Positions 48,189-62,695 of a stretch of 64,000 bases of DNA are shown one piece after another. Position numbers and translations under genes: made by a program. The notes under the pieces are model-generated. The model saw only the letters and a program-made list of their open reading frames with translations, was not told the origin of the DNA and ran no database searches. The DNA lies in assembly GCF_003334385.1 (NCBI RefSeq), contig NZ_QOWN01000023.1. The stretch is one strand, 5' to 3'. The stretch comes from Escherichia coli (GTDB taxonomy: Bacteria; Pseudomonadota; Gammaproteobacteria; Enterobacterales; Enterobacteriaceae). Numbering within the stretch: the stretch's first letter is position 1; every line of letters starts with the position of its first letter.

Positions 48189-48398
48189 AAAAGGTTCCTT
48201 GAAGTATGTCCCACGCTGTGGACGGTACTTACATTAAGGCACAACAGGACAAAATGGTCAATTCTTCGTTATGTAAAAAAGCGTCAGTGGATACATATTT
48301 TAATGTTATGGAAGTTAATTTAATTATTTACAATGATGATGTAATAATGATGAATTAACATGATAAACGTAATAATTCATTAATCAGGGTTATTTTGT

Positions 48399-48412
48399 TT
48401 GATATATATCAA
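48399..48412 (+). promoter_or_regulatory. FNR-type binding site, perfect consensus half-sites TTGAT-N4-ATCAA
   Basis: TTGATATATATCAA, ~128 bp upstream of pdeF ATG; TAGAAT -10-like hexamer at 48434-48439 gives a class II arrangement. Confidence 0.6.
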
Positions 48413-48539
48413 TTGGTACTTTCATATGACACTTAGAATCAATGCTCTCTATAGTGATGAATAATCATCATTCGAAGTCAGGTGGGATGCCTGTCTGAAT
48501 ACACCTCCTTCAGGATGTGGGGGATTCTGCTGAGCATCT

Positions 48540-50783
48540 ATGAAACTGAATGCAACTTATATAAAAATACGTGATAAATGGTGGGGGCTTCCGCTGTTCC
48601 TGCCTTCTTTAATCTTGCCCATTTTCGCCCACATTAATACTTTCGCGCATATTTCTTCCGGTGAGGTTTTTCTCTTTTATCTGCCTCTGGCACTGATGAT
48701 CAGCATGATGATGTTTTTCAGCTGGGCGGCATTGCCAGGGATCGCCTTAGGGATTTTTGTCCGCAAATATGCAGAGCTGGGTTTTTACGAAACGCTATCA
48801 TTAACGGCTAATTTTATTATCATTATCATTCTCTGTTGGGGCGGTTACAGGGTCTTTACTCCCCGGCGTAACAACGTTTCACATGGTGATACCCGTTTAA
48901 TTTCCCAGCGTATATTCTGGCAGATTGTGTTTCCTGCAACGCTGTTTCTGATACTTTTCCAGTTTGCTGCATTTGTAGGATTACTGGCGAGCAGAGAAAA
49001 TCTGGTCGGTGTCATGCCTTTTAACCTAGGGACTTTAATCAATTATCAGGCCTTACTGGTGGGTAATCTGATCGGTGTCCCGCTGTGCTACTTCATCATT
49101 CGGGTAGTGCGAAATCCATTTTATTTACGTAGCTATTATTCGCAATTAAAACAGCAGGTTGATGCCAAAGTCACCAAAAAAGAGTTCGCGCTCTGGCTAC
49201 TGGCATTAGGTGCTTTATTGTTGCTGTTATGCATGCCGTTAAATGAAAAAAGCACAATTTTTAGCACCAATTATACCTTGTCATTATTGCTGCCCCTGAT
49301 GATGTGGGGAGCGATGCGCTATGGTTATAAGCTGATTTCGCTGCTCTGGGCGGTCGTGTTGATGATCAGCATCCACAGCTATCAAAATTACATTCCCATT
49401 TATCCTGGCTATACCACGCAGCTGACCATAACCTCCTCCAGTTATCTGGTATTCTCTTTTATTGTCAATTATATGGCTGTACTGGCAACCCGTCAGAGAG
49501 CGGTAGTCAGACGCATTCAGCGGCTTGCGTATGTGGACCCGGTGGTTCATCTGCCAAATGTTCGCGCCCTGAATCGCGCGTTGCGTGATGCCCCCTGGTC
49601 TGCGCTTTGTTATTTACGCATCCCTGGCATGGAAATGCTGGTTAAGAACTATGGCATCATGCTGCGGATTCAATACAAGCAAAAACTTTCTCACTGGCTG
49701 TCACCCTTGCTGGAACCGGGTGAAGATGTTTATCAGCTTTCGGGTAACGATCTCGCGCTGCGACTGAATACAGAATCGCACCAGGAGCGCATTACCGCAC
49801 TGGATAGCCATCTCAAGCAATTTCGTTTCTTTTGGGATGGCATGCCGATGCAACCGCAGATTGGCGTCAGTTACTGCTATGTGCGCTCGCCAGTGAATCA
49901 TATCTACCTGCTGCTGGGAGAGCTAAATACGGTCGCCGAACTTTCCATCGTGACCAACGCCCCGGAAAATATGCAGCGTCGCGGGGCAATGTATTTGCAA
50001 CGCGAATTGAAAGATAAAGTCGCGATGATGAATCGACTACAGCAGGCGCTGGAACACAACCATTTTTTCCTGATGGCCCAGCCGATTACCGGTATGCGTG
50101 GTGATGTTTACCATGAAATTCTTCTGCGCATGAAAGGTGAGAATGATGAACTGATCAGCCCCGATAGCTTCTTGCCGGTCGCGCACGAATTTGGTTTATC
50201 GTCGAGTATCGACATGTGGGTCATTGAGCATACGCTGCAGTTTATGGCTGAAAACAGAGCGAAGATGCCCGCTCACCGTTTTGCTATTAATCTGTCTCCA
50301 ACCTCGGTATGTCAGGCTCGTTTTCCTGTTGAAGTCAGTCAGTTGCTGGCTAAATATCAGATTGAAGCGTGGCAACTTATTTTTGAAGTCACCGAAAGTA
50401 ATGCTCTGACCAATGTTAAGCAGGCGCAAATCACCTTGCAGCATCTTCAGGAATTAGGCTGCCAGATTGCGATTGATGATTTCGGCACCGGCTACGCCAG
50501 CTATGCGCGGCTTAAAAATGTGAATGCCGATCTGCTTAAAATTGACGGCAGTTTTATCCGCAATATTGTGTCAAATAGTCTGGATTATCAGATAGTGGCA
50601 TCGATTTGCCACCTGGCGCGAATGAAGAAAATGCTGGTAGTGGCAGAGTACGTTGAAAACGAAGAGATCCGCGAGGCGGTGCTCTCTTTGGGGATCGATT
50701 ATATGCAGGGTTATCTTATTGGTAAGCCGCAGCCGTTAATTGATACGCTGAATGAAATCGAACCCATTCGCGAAAGTGCCTGA
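48540..50783 (+). CDS. pdeF: Membrane c-di-GMP phosphodiesterase (MASE1 - degenerate GGDEF - EAL)
   Basis: N-terminal multi-TM region; degenerate GGDEF position (SGNDL); EAL-type motif EILLR and DDFGTGYAS; 747 aa. Confidence 0.92.
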   Translation: MKLNATYIKIRDKWWGLPLFLPSLILPIFAHINTFAHISSGEVFLFYLPLALMISMMMFFSWAALPGIALGIFVRKYAELGFYETLSLTANFIIIIILCWGGYRVFTPRRNNVSHGDTRLISQRIFWQIVFPATLFLILFQFAAFVGLLASRENLVGVMPFNLGTLINYQALLVGNLIGVPLCYFIIRVVRNPFYLRSYYSQLKQQVDAKVTKKEFALWLLALGALLLLLCMPLNEKSTIFSTNYTLSLLLPLMMWGAMRYGYKLISLLWAVVLMISIHSYQNYIPIYPGYTTQLTITSSSYLVFSFIVNYMAVLATRQRAVVRRIQRLAYVDPVVHLPNVRALNRALRDAPWSALCYLRIPGMEMLVKNYGIMLRIQYKQKLSHWLSPLLEPGEDVYQLSGNDLALRLNTESHQERITALDSHLKQFRFFWDGMPMQPQIGVSYCYVRSPVNHIYLLLGELNTVAELSIVTNAPENMQRRGAMYLQRELKDKVAMMNRLQQALEHNHFFLMAQPITGMRGDVYHEILLRMKGENDELISPDSFLPVAHEFGLSSSIDMWVIEHTLQFMAENRAKMPAHRFAINLSPTSVCQARFPVEVSQLLAKYQIEAWQLIFEVTESNALTNVKQAQITLQHLQELGCQIAIDDFGTGYASYARLKNVNADLLKIDGSFIRNIVSNSLDYQIVASICHLARMKKMLVVAEYVENEEIREAVLSLGIDYMQGYLIGKPQPLIDTLNEIEPIRESA

Positions 50784-50788
50784 ATAAT

Positions 50789-50815
50789 GCGGGCCGACAT
50801 TTCTCGTCGGCCCGC
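50789..50815. terminator. Hairpin between convergent pdeF and ppx (possible bidirectional terminator, weak U-tracts)
   Basis: 10-bp GC stem GCGGGCCGAC/GTCGGCCCGC. Confidence 0.45.
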
Positions 50816-50821
50816 AAAGTA

Positions 50822-54434
<3,613 letters not shown>

Positions 54435-54605
54435 TACCACTTTTACTCCGTTTTATTCACGGGACACTGCCTGGATATTATGGCGAGCAATATTGGCAGA
54501 TGTCCAACTATGCCAGAAAAGGGGGAAAAAAACTGCTGGAGCTTGCGATTTACAGGTGAATTGAAAAACGCCAGCGGCAGAGCTGGCGCTTTAATTACGG
54601 GGGTA

Positions 54606-55243
54606 TTACTCGTCGGCAGCGTAGCCCTGCGGCGGCAGACGTTGACCATCCAGCCACGCGGCGTTTTCGTGCATTTTCAGACGACCATCGGCAAACCAGC
54701 TAATCACCAGTGGATAAATGGCGTGTTCCTGGGTTTGCACGCGGGCGGTGATGTCATCTTCCGAATCACCAGCAAATACCGGGACTTTCGCCTGTAAAAT
54801 AACCGGGCCACCGTCCAGTTCATCGGTGACGAAATGCACCGATGTACCGTGCTCTTCATCGCCATTTTCCAGCGCCTGACGATGGGTGTGTAATCCGGGA
54901 TATTTCGGCAGCAGAGAAGGGTGAATGTTCAGCAAACGCCCGGCATAGTGGGAGACAAACGCCGGGCTGAGAATGCGCATAAAACCAGCCAGCACGACCA
55001 CATCGGGTGCGTACATGTCGATTTCATGAATCAACTCCCGGTCATAGGCTTCACGACTGTCAAACGCGCTGGCGATGAGCGTATGCGTTGCAATACCCGC
55101 CTGGCGGGCGCGTTCAAGGCCGAACGCGTCGGCCTTATTGCTGAAAACTGCCCGTACGGTGCCTTTAATTTTGTTGGTTTTACAGGCGTCAATAATTGCC
55201 TGTAAATTACTTCCGTTGCCGGAAATAAGCACCACAATATTCA

Positions 55244-55244
<1 letters not shown>
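54606..55244 (-). CDS. purN: Phosphoribosylglycinamide formyltransferase
   Basis: MNIVVLISGNGSNLQAII N-terminus; 212 aa; 1-nt overlap with purM stop. Confidence 0.95.
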
Positions 55245-56299
<1,055 letters not shown>

Positions 56300-56344
56300 T
56301 TACTTGCGGTAGAAAAATAAAATTCGGCGCAATTCTAACAGGGA

Positions 56345-56360
56345 AAGCAAACGTTTGCGA
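56345..56360. promoter_or_regulatory. PurR operator (pur box) upstream of purMN
   Basis: AAGCAAACGTTTGCGA with 12-bp palindromic core GCAAACGTTTGC, ~65 bp upstream of purM start. Confidence 0.7.
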
Positions 56361-56535
56361 GACTGCTTTACACAACCTTTTTGCACGTCTTTTCCCCAGG
56401 CGCGCGGCGAAAGAAGACTTGTGCCAGGGTAAAGGTTAGTTTTCGGATGGAATAATCTTCTTTCATAACCATCTGAATATAAAATAACTTTATCTCAAAC
56501 CGTTATCATTTTGACTAAAGTCAACGAAAAGAATA

Positions 56536-56578
56536 TTGCCGCCTTGAAGAAAGGAGGTATAATCCGTCGATTTTTTTT
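56536..56578 (+). promoter_or_regulatory. upp promoter with T8 initially-transcribed tract (UTP-sensitive reiterative-transcription type)
   Basis: -35-like TTGCCG, 16 bp spacer, TATAAT at 56558-56563, then CCGTCGATTTTTTTTG. Confidence 0.6.
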
Positions 56579-56605
56579 GTGGCTGCCCCTCAAAGGAGAA
56601 AGAGT

Positions 56606-57232
56606 ATGAAGATCGTGGAAGTCAAACACCCACTCGTCAAACACAAGCTGGGACTGATGCGTGAGCAAGATATCAGCACCAAGCGCTTTCGCGAACTCGC
56701 TTCCGAAGTGGGTAGCCTGCTGACTTACGAAGCGACCGCCGACCTCGAAACGGAAAAAGTAACTATCGAAGGCTGGAACGGCCCGGTAGAAATCGACCAG
56801 ATCAAAGGTAAGAAAATTACCGTTGTGCCAATTCTGCGTGCGGGTCTTGGTATGATGGACGGTGTGCTGGAAAACGTTCCGAGCGCGCGCATCAGCGTTG
56901 TCGGTATGTACCGTAATGAAGAAACGCTGGAGCCGGTACCGTACTTCCAGAAACTGGTTTCTAACATCGATGAGCGTATGGCGCTGATCGTTGACCCAAT
57001 GCTGGCAACCGGTGGTTCCGTTATCGCGACCATCGACCTGCTGAAAAAAGCGGGCTGCAGCAGCATCAAAGTTCTGGTGCTGGTAGCTGCGCCAGAAGGT
57101 ATCGCTGCGCTGGAAAAAGCGCACCCGGACGTCGAACTGTATACCGCATCGATTGATCAGGGACTGAACGAGCACGGATACATTATTCCGGGCCTCGGCG
57201 ATGCCGGTGACAAAATCTTTGGTACGAAATAA
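56606..57232 (+). CDS. upp: Uracil phosphoribosyltransferase
   Basis: 208 aa from [20 protein letters not shown]; PRPP-binding loop [10 protein letters not shown]. Confidence 0.96.
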
Positions 57233-57247
57233 AGAATAAAAATAATT

Positions 57248-57278
57248 AAAGCCGACTTTAAGAGTCGGCTTTTTTTTG
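57248..57278 (+). terminator. Intrinsic terminator/attenuator between upp and uraA
   Basis: Stem AGCCGACT/AGTCGGCT followed by TTTTTTT. Confidence 0.7.
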
Positions 57279-57317
57279 AGTAAAGCGCCTATAACACATA
57301 ATACAGAGGATAATACT

Positions 57318-58607
57318 ATGACGCGCCGTGCTATCGGGGTGAGTGAAAGACCGCCACTTTTACAGACAATCCCGCTTAGTTTGCAACATTTGTTCGCCAT
57401 GTTTGGTGCAACCGTCCTGGTGCCCGTCTTATTTCATATTAACCCGGCGACTGTACTGTTATTTAACGGTATTGGAACGCTGCTGTATCTCTTCATCTGT
57501 AAAGGGAAAATTCCGGCTTATCTTGGTTCCAGCTTTGCCTTTATTTCACCGGTATTGTTACTGTTGCCGTTAGGGTATGAAGTCGCGCTGGGCGGCTTTA
57601 TTATGTGCGGCGTGCTGTTCTGCCTGGTTTCTTTTATCGTGAAGAAAGCGGGGACCGGCTGGCTGGACGTGCTGTTTCCACCTGCGGCAATGGGCGCAAT
57701 CGTTGCCGTCATCGGTCTGGAGCTGGCGGGCGTAGCTGCCGGTATGGCGGGTTTACTCCCGGCTGAAGGGCAAACGCCAGACTCCAAAACCATCATCATC
57801 TCTATTACCACCCTGGCGGTCACGGTTTTAGGTTCCGTGCTGTTTCGTGGTTTCCTAGCAATTATCCCGATTTTAATTGGCGTGCTGGTGGGGTACGCGC
57901 TCTCTTTCGCAATGGGAATTGTCGATACCACGCCGATTATTAATGCTCACTGGTTTGCGCTGCCAACCCTCTATACGCCGCGCTTCGAGTGGTTTGCCAT
58001 TCTGACTATTCTGCCAGCGGCGTTAGTGGTTATTGCCGAACACGTAGGGCACCTGGTAGTAACGGCTAATATCGTCAAAAAAGATCTGCTGCGCGATCCA
58101 GGTCTGCACCGTTCGATGTTTGCTAATGGCTTGTCGACCGTGATTTCCGGCTTCTTTGGCTCTACGCCAAATACTACTTACGGAGAAAACATTGGCGTGA
58201 TGGCGATCACCCGTGTTTACAGTACCTGGGTTATCGGCGGGGCGGCGATTTTCGCTATCCTGCTTTCCTGCGTCGGTAAACTGGCTGCCGCTATCCAGAT
58301 GATCCCATTGCCGGTGATGGGCGGCGTTTCGCTGCTGCTTTATGGTGTCATCGGTGCTTCCGGTATTCGTGTTTTGATCGAATCGAAAGTGGATTACAAC
58401 AAAGCACAGAACCTGATCCTGACTTCCGTGATTTTGATCATCGGCGTCAGTGGCGCGAAGGTAAACATCGGCGCGGCGGAGTTAAAAGGTATGGCGCTGG
58501 CGACCATCGTCGGTATCGGCTTAAGTTTGATCTTCAAACTGATCAGTGTGCTGCGCCCTGAAGAAGTGGTGCTGGACGCAGAAGACGCGGATATAACAGA
58601 CAAATAA
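57318..58607 (+). CDS. uraA: Uracil:proton symporter (NCS2 family)
   Basis: 429 aa from [17 protein letters not shown]; multi-TM. Confidence 0.94.
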   Translation: MTRRAIGVSERPPLLQTIPLSLQHLFAMFGATVLVPVLFHINPATVLLFNGIGTLLYLFICKGKIPAYLGSSFAFISPVLLLLPLGYEVALGGFIMCGVLFCLVSFIVKKAGTGWLDVLFPPAAMGAIVAVIGLELAGVAAGMAGLLPAEGQTPDSKTIIISITTLAVTVLGSVLFRGFLAIIPILIGVLVGYALSFAMGIVDTTPIINAHWFALPTLYTPRFEWFAILTILPAALVVIAEHVGHLVVTANIVKKDLLRDPGLHRSMFANGLSTVISGFFGSTPNTTYGENIGVMAITRVYSTWVIGGAAIFAILLSCVGKLAAAIQMIPLPVMGGVSLLLYGVIGASGIRVLIESKVDYNKAQNLILTSVILIIGVSGAKVNIGAAELKGMALATIVGIGLSLIFKLISVLRPEEVVLDAEDADITDK

Positions 58608-58656
58608 TGTACCGACCGGGCAGTGTTGCTGCCCGGTTCAAACATCATGGGATTCT

Positions 58657-59403
58657 GTGGTAAACTTCTCGCGATTTTGTGAAATCCTGGTTGAGGTATC
58701 TCTGAACACACCGGCACAGCTCTCTTTGCCACTTTATCTTCCTGACGACGAAACCTTTGCAAGTTTCTGGCCGGGGGATAACTCCTCTTTACTGGCCGCG
58801 CTGCAAAACGTGCTGCGTCAGGAACATAGCGGTTACATCTATCTCTGGGCACGCGAAGGCGCGGGGCGCAGCCATCTGCTGCACGCGGCTTGCGCGGAAT
58901 TGTCGCAGCGTGGCGATGCGGTGGGCTATGTCCCGCTGGATAAACGCACCTGGTTTGTTCCGGAAGTGCTCGACGGTATGGAGCATTTGTCGCTGGTCTG
59001 TATCGACAACATTGAGTGTATTGCAGGCGATGAGTTGTGGGAGATGGCGATTTTCGATCTCTACAATCGAATTCTGGAATCGGGCAAAACACGGTTGTTG
59101 ATCACCGGCGATCGTCCACCGCGGCAGTTGAATCTGGGATTACCGGATCTCGCGTCGCGACTCGACTGGGGGCAGATCTACAAATTGCAGCCACTTTCTG
59201 ATGAAGATAAGTTGCAGGCGCTACAGTTACGCGCGCGTTTGCGTGGTTTTGAACTGCCGGAAGATGTGGGGCGTTTCTTGCTGAAGCGGCTCGACAGAGA
59301 AATGCGCACGCTATTTATGACGTTGGATCAGTTGGATCGTGCGTCGATTACCGCGCAACGTAAGCTGACCATTCCGTTTGTGAAAGAAATTCTGAAGTTG
59401 TAG
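58657..59403 (+). CDS. hda: DnaA-inactivating AAA+ protein Hda (likely true start at CTG 58702)
   Basis: AAA+ motifs (Walker A-like [10 protein letters not shown]; box VII); longest ORF from 58657, but from memory translation starts at a CUG 15 codons downstream. Confidence 0.88.
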
Positions 59404-59404
59404 A

Positions 59405-59522
59405 TAAGGTGTTTATTGTCGGATGCGGCGCGAACGCCTTATCCGAACTACGCGAAGTTAATCCATAGTATTCGTAGGCCGGATAAGACGTGGCAAGCGT
59501 CGCATCCGGCAATGTGCTTCAA
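59405..59522. repeat. Two REP palindromes (BIME) between hda and yfgD
   Basis: TGTCGGATGCGGCGCGAACGCCTTATCCGAACTAC ... GTAGGCCGGATAAGACGTGGCAAGCGTCGCATCCGGCA. Confidence 0.85.
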
Positions 59523-59540
59523 CTAGCGATGGAGCACATC

Positions 59541-59900
59541 TTAACCCACGATTTCCAGTACCTGCTCCGGTGGACGACCAATCCGCGCTTTGCCATTCGC
59601 GACCACAATCGGGCGCTCCATCAGCTTCGGATTATCCACCATTGCCTGAATCAGCGCCTCTTCGCTAAGCGAACTGTCAGCCAGGTTCAGTTCTTTATAA
59701 AGATCCTCTTTCTGGCGCATCAATTCACGGGCGCTATTCATCCCCAGTATTTTCAGCAAATCGCGCAGCGTTGCCGCATCGGCGGGTGTCTCAAGGTAGA
59801 GCACCACTTCTGGCTCCACGCCGTTTTCTTTCAGCAGGTTCAGCGTTTCCCGGCTCTTTGAACAGCGTGGGTTATGGTAGATTTTTACCTGTTTGGTCAT
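59541..59900 (-). CDS. yfgD: ArsC/Spx-family thiol reductase-like protein
   Basis: N-terminal YHNPRCSKSR motif; 119 aa. Confidence 0.85.
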   Translation of the reverse strand: MTKQVKIYHNPRCSKSRETLNLLKENGVEPEVVLYLETPADAATLRDLLKILGMNSARELMRQKEDLYKELNLADSSLSEEALIQAMVDNPKLMERPIVVANGKARIGRPPEQVLEIVG

Positions 59901-59920
59901 TGTTCTTCCTTTAATGCGAA

Positions 59921-61384
59921 TTACATCTTGGTATAAGGCTTAAAGCGTTCCTGCAGCTGGCGCAACTGGTCGATGCGCGCATCGTAACGCGCTTGTTGCA
60001 GGCTGCCTAATTTCACCTGCGAACTGGCGCTACTCAACAGCGAAATGGCCTGATCGAGTCGTCCGGCGAGCGCATAACCTTCTGCTCGCGCAGCCAGCTC
60101 CTGATCGCGGTTATTTAGCGCGGCTTCCGCCTGTGCCAGCAAATCCCAGCCGTTGCTGTCATCTTTATTATTAAAGGTGTAGCGATTCAGAATATTGGCC
60201 GCTTCTTGTGGTTGACCGCCTTGCAAATAAGCGTTCGCCAGGTTGAGCTGCAACACCGGATTGGTGCGTAAATCGCGGGCATTTTTCAGACGATTGATCG
60301 CCTCATTGGCTTTGTTTTGCCCAAGATCGATATCAGTAGCCAGATCGAGATACCATGCGTTGCCAGGTTCTGCCGCCAGTAACGGTTGCAGCGTTTTACG
60401 CGCCTCGTCGTATTTATTGGCTTCCATCGCCTGTAAAGCACGACCATATTGTGCTGCTCGTTGCTGACGAACGTTTCCTTTCGCCCATTCATCCAGCAAA
60501 TCACTGGTGAGCTGGTTACGTCCGGAATTATACATCCCCAGTGTGCGCGCTTTCGCCAGATAGAAATCTTCCGACGACTGCACCACCATCGGGCGCATCT
60601 GATTAGCACGGTTGCGGGCATCTGCCAGACGACTTTCCGGCAACGGGTGAGTCAATAAAATTTCCGGCGGGCGCGAGGAGTAACGCGCCTGATCGAGTAA
60701 TTTTTCGAGGAAGGTTGGCATCGCCTGCGGATCGAATCCCGAGCGTTGCAGCACCTGAATACCAATGCGGTCCGCTTCCTGTTCATTTTGCTGGGTGAAA
60801 CTGATCATCCCCTGACGCGTTCCCGCCAGTGTACCGGTCAGCGCCGCCATCCCCGCCTGCGGACTGGCCATCGCCAGTAAAATAGAACCTAACGCGCCGA
60901 CCCAGGTCAGCGGCGCGCTGCGCTGCTGATCTTCCATCGCTCGCGCCAGGTGACGTTGGGTGACGTGGGAGATTTCGTGCGCCATAACTGAAGCCAGTTG
61001 ACTTTCGTTATCGGAATAACGGAACAGGGCAGAGTGCAGCACCACGTTGCCGCCAAAGAAAGCAAAGGCGTTAATTTCGTCGTTGTTGATCAGAAAAAAA
61101 TGAAACGGTGTCTTAACCGAATTGGCATGCGAAACCAGACGCATCCCCAGCGAATTAATATATTGCGTTAACAGCGGGTCATTAATTAACGGCGCGCTGC
61201 CGCGTAGCTGGCGGACATAATAGTCGCCCATCTGCATTTCCTGACCAATGGAAAGCGTGCTTCCTGCGGAGGTTCCCATATCCGGCAAGGTGTCTGCGCT
61301 GTCGGCAAACGCCGGGGCTACCTGACCAATGGTCATAGCAGCAATGAGGGTTGCAACCAGGTTTTTTTTCAACTGCCTGAACAT
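59921..61384 (-). CDS. bepA: Periplasmic M48 metalloprotease/chaperone with TPR domain (BepA)
   Basis: Signal peptide; zinc motif HEISH ([14 protein letters not shown]); TPR repeats at C-terminus; 487 aa. Confidence 0.93.
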
Positions 61385-61596
61385 AACCTCTATCCTGTAT
61401 TTCTGGAGATAGTCATTTGACCGATACTGTGAAATATCGTTCCCACCGCGCCGCCTTTGAGTGTAACGGCGAAGATTAGCCCACTCAAATGACTTTTCAG
61501 TTTCCTGAATCCGTCATAAAAAGCGAAGTCTTTTTTGTGACATTTCGATACAATTGCGGATCGCAATCCCGCTCTTGAGGTTCAGGGAAGGTCTTT

Positions 61597-62658
61597 ATGC
61601 TCGAAATGTTGATGCAATGGTATCGCCGCCGTTTTAGCGACCCGGAAGCGATTGCCTTGCTGGTTATTTTAGTTGCCGGATTTGGCATTATCTTTTTCTT
61701 TAGTGGCCTGCTTGCTCCGTTGCTGGTGGCTATTGTGCTGGCCTATTTGCTGGAATGGCCAACCGTGCGTCTGCAATCTATTGGCTGCTCCCGCCGCTGG
61801 GCGACGTCGATTGTATTGGTGGTTTTCGTCGGTATATTGCTACTGATGGCGTTCGTGGTACTGCCTATCGCCTGGCAACAGGGCATCTACTTAATCCGCG
61901 ATATGCCGGGGATGCTCAATAAGCTTTCTGACTTTGCCGCCACGTTGCCGCGCCGCTATCCGGCGTTAATGGACGCGGGCATTATTGATGCAATGGCCGA
62001 AAATATGCGCAGTCGGATGCTGACCATGGGCGATTCGGTGGTGAAAATTTCCCTCGCCTCGCTGGTCGGTTTGCTGACCATAGCCGTCTATCTGGTGCTG
62101 GTGCCATTGATGGTCTTCTTCCTGCTGAAAGACAAAGAGCAGATGCTGAACGCCGTTCGCCGGGTGCTGCCGCGTAACCGTGGGCTGGCAGGACAGGTGT
62201 GGAAGGAGATGAATCAACAAATCACCAACTATATCCGCGGCAAAGTGCTGGAGATGATCGTGGTGGGGATCGCCACCTGGCTGGGGTTCTTGCTCTTCGG
62301 GCTGAACTATTCGCTGCTGCTGGCAGTGCTGGTCGGCTTCTCGGTTCTTATTCCGTACATTGGCGCATTTGTGGTGACCATTCCGGTGGTTGGCGTGGCG
62401 CTATTCCAGTTTGGCGCAGGTACTGAATTCTGGAGCTGCTTCGCGGTGTATCTGATTATTCAGGCGCTGGACGGCAACCTGTTAGTGCCGGTGTTGTTCT
62501 CCGAAGCGGTTAACCTGCATCCGCTGGTGATTATTTTATCGGTGGTGATCTTCGGTGGTTTGTGGGGATTCTGGGGCGTATTCTTCGCCATTCCGTTGGC
62601 GACGCTGATCAAAGCCGTGATTCATGCCTGGCCCGATGGGCAAATCGCGCAAGAATAA
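61597..62658 (+). CDS. perM: AI-2E family (PerM-type) inner membrane transporter
   Basis: 353 aa, ~8 TM segments. Confidence 0.85.
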   Translation: MLEMLMQWYRRRFSDPEAIALLVILVAGFGIIFFFSGLLAPLLVAIVLAYLLEWPTVRLQSIGCSRRWATSIVLVVFVGILLLMAFVVLPIAWQQGIYLIRDMPGMLNKLSDFAATLPRRYPALMDAGIIDAMAENMRSRMLTMGDSVVKISLASLVGLLTIAVYLVLVPLMVFFLLKDKEQMLNAVRRVLPRNRGLAGQVWKEMNQQITNYIRGKVLEMIVVGIATWLGFLLFGLNYSLLLAVLVGFSVLIPYIGAFVVTIPVVGVALFQFGAGTEFWSCFAVYLIIQALDGNLLVPVLFSEAVNLHPLVIILSVVIFGGLWGFWGVFFAIPLATLIKAVIHAWPDGQIAQE

Positions 62659-62695
62659 TCTTCAGCCCGACGAACTGTTTCGCCGGGCTGATTTT

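Noticed and set aside
48033-48323. 96 aa plus-strand ORF in the yfgG region
   Set aside because: Overlaps yfgG on the opposite strand and extends into an extremely AT-rich spacer; alternative start codon only
56495-57400. 301 aa minus-strand ORF spanning upp
   Set aside because: Antisense to upp and its terminator; the plus-strand gene has PRTase motifs and a classical promoter
58612-58636. Hairpin after uraA (CCGGGCAG...CTGCCCGG)
   Set aside because: GC stem is present but no downstream T-run; not confident it is an intrinsic terminator
58394-59092. 232 aa minus-strand ORF spanning uraA 3' end and hda
   Set aside because: Antisense shadow ORF crossing an intergenic terminator-like hairpin; not plausible as a gene
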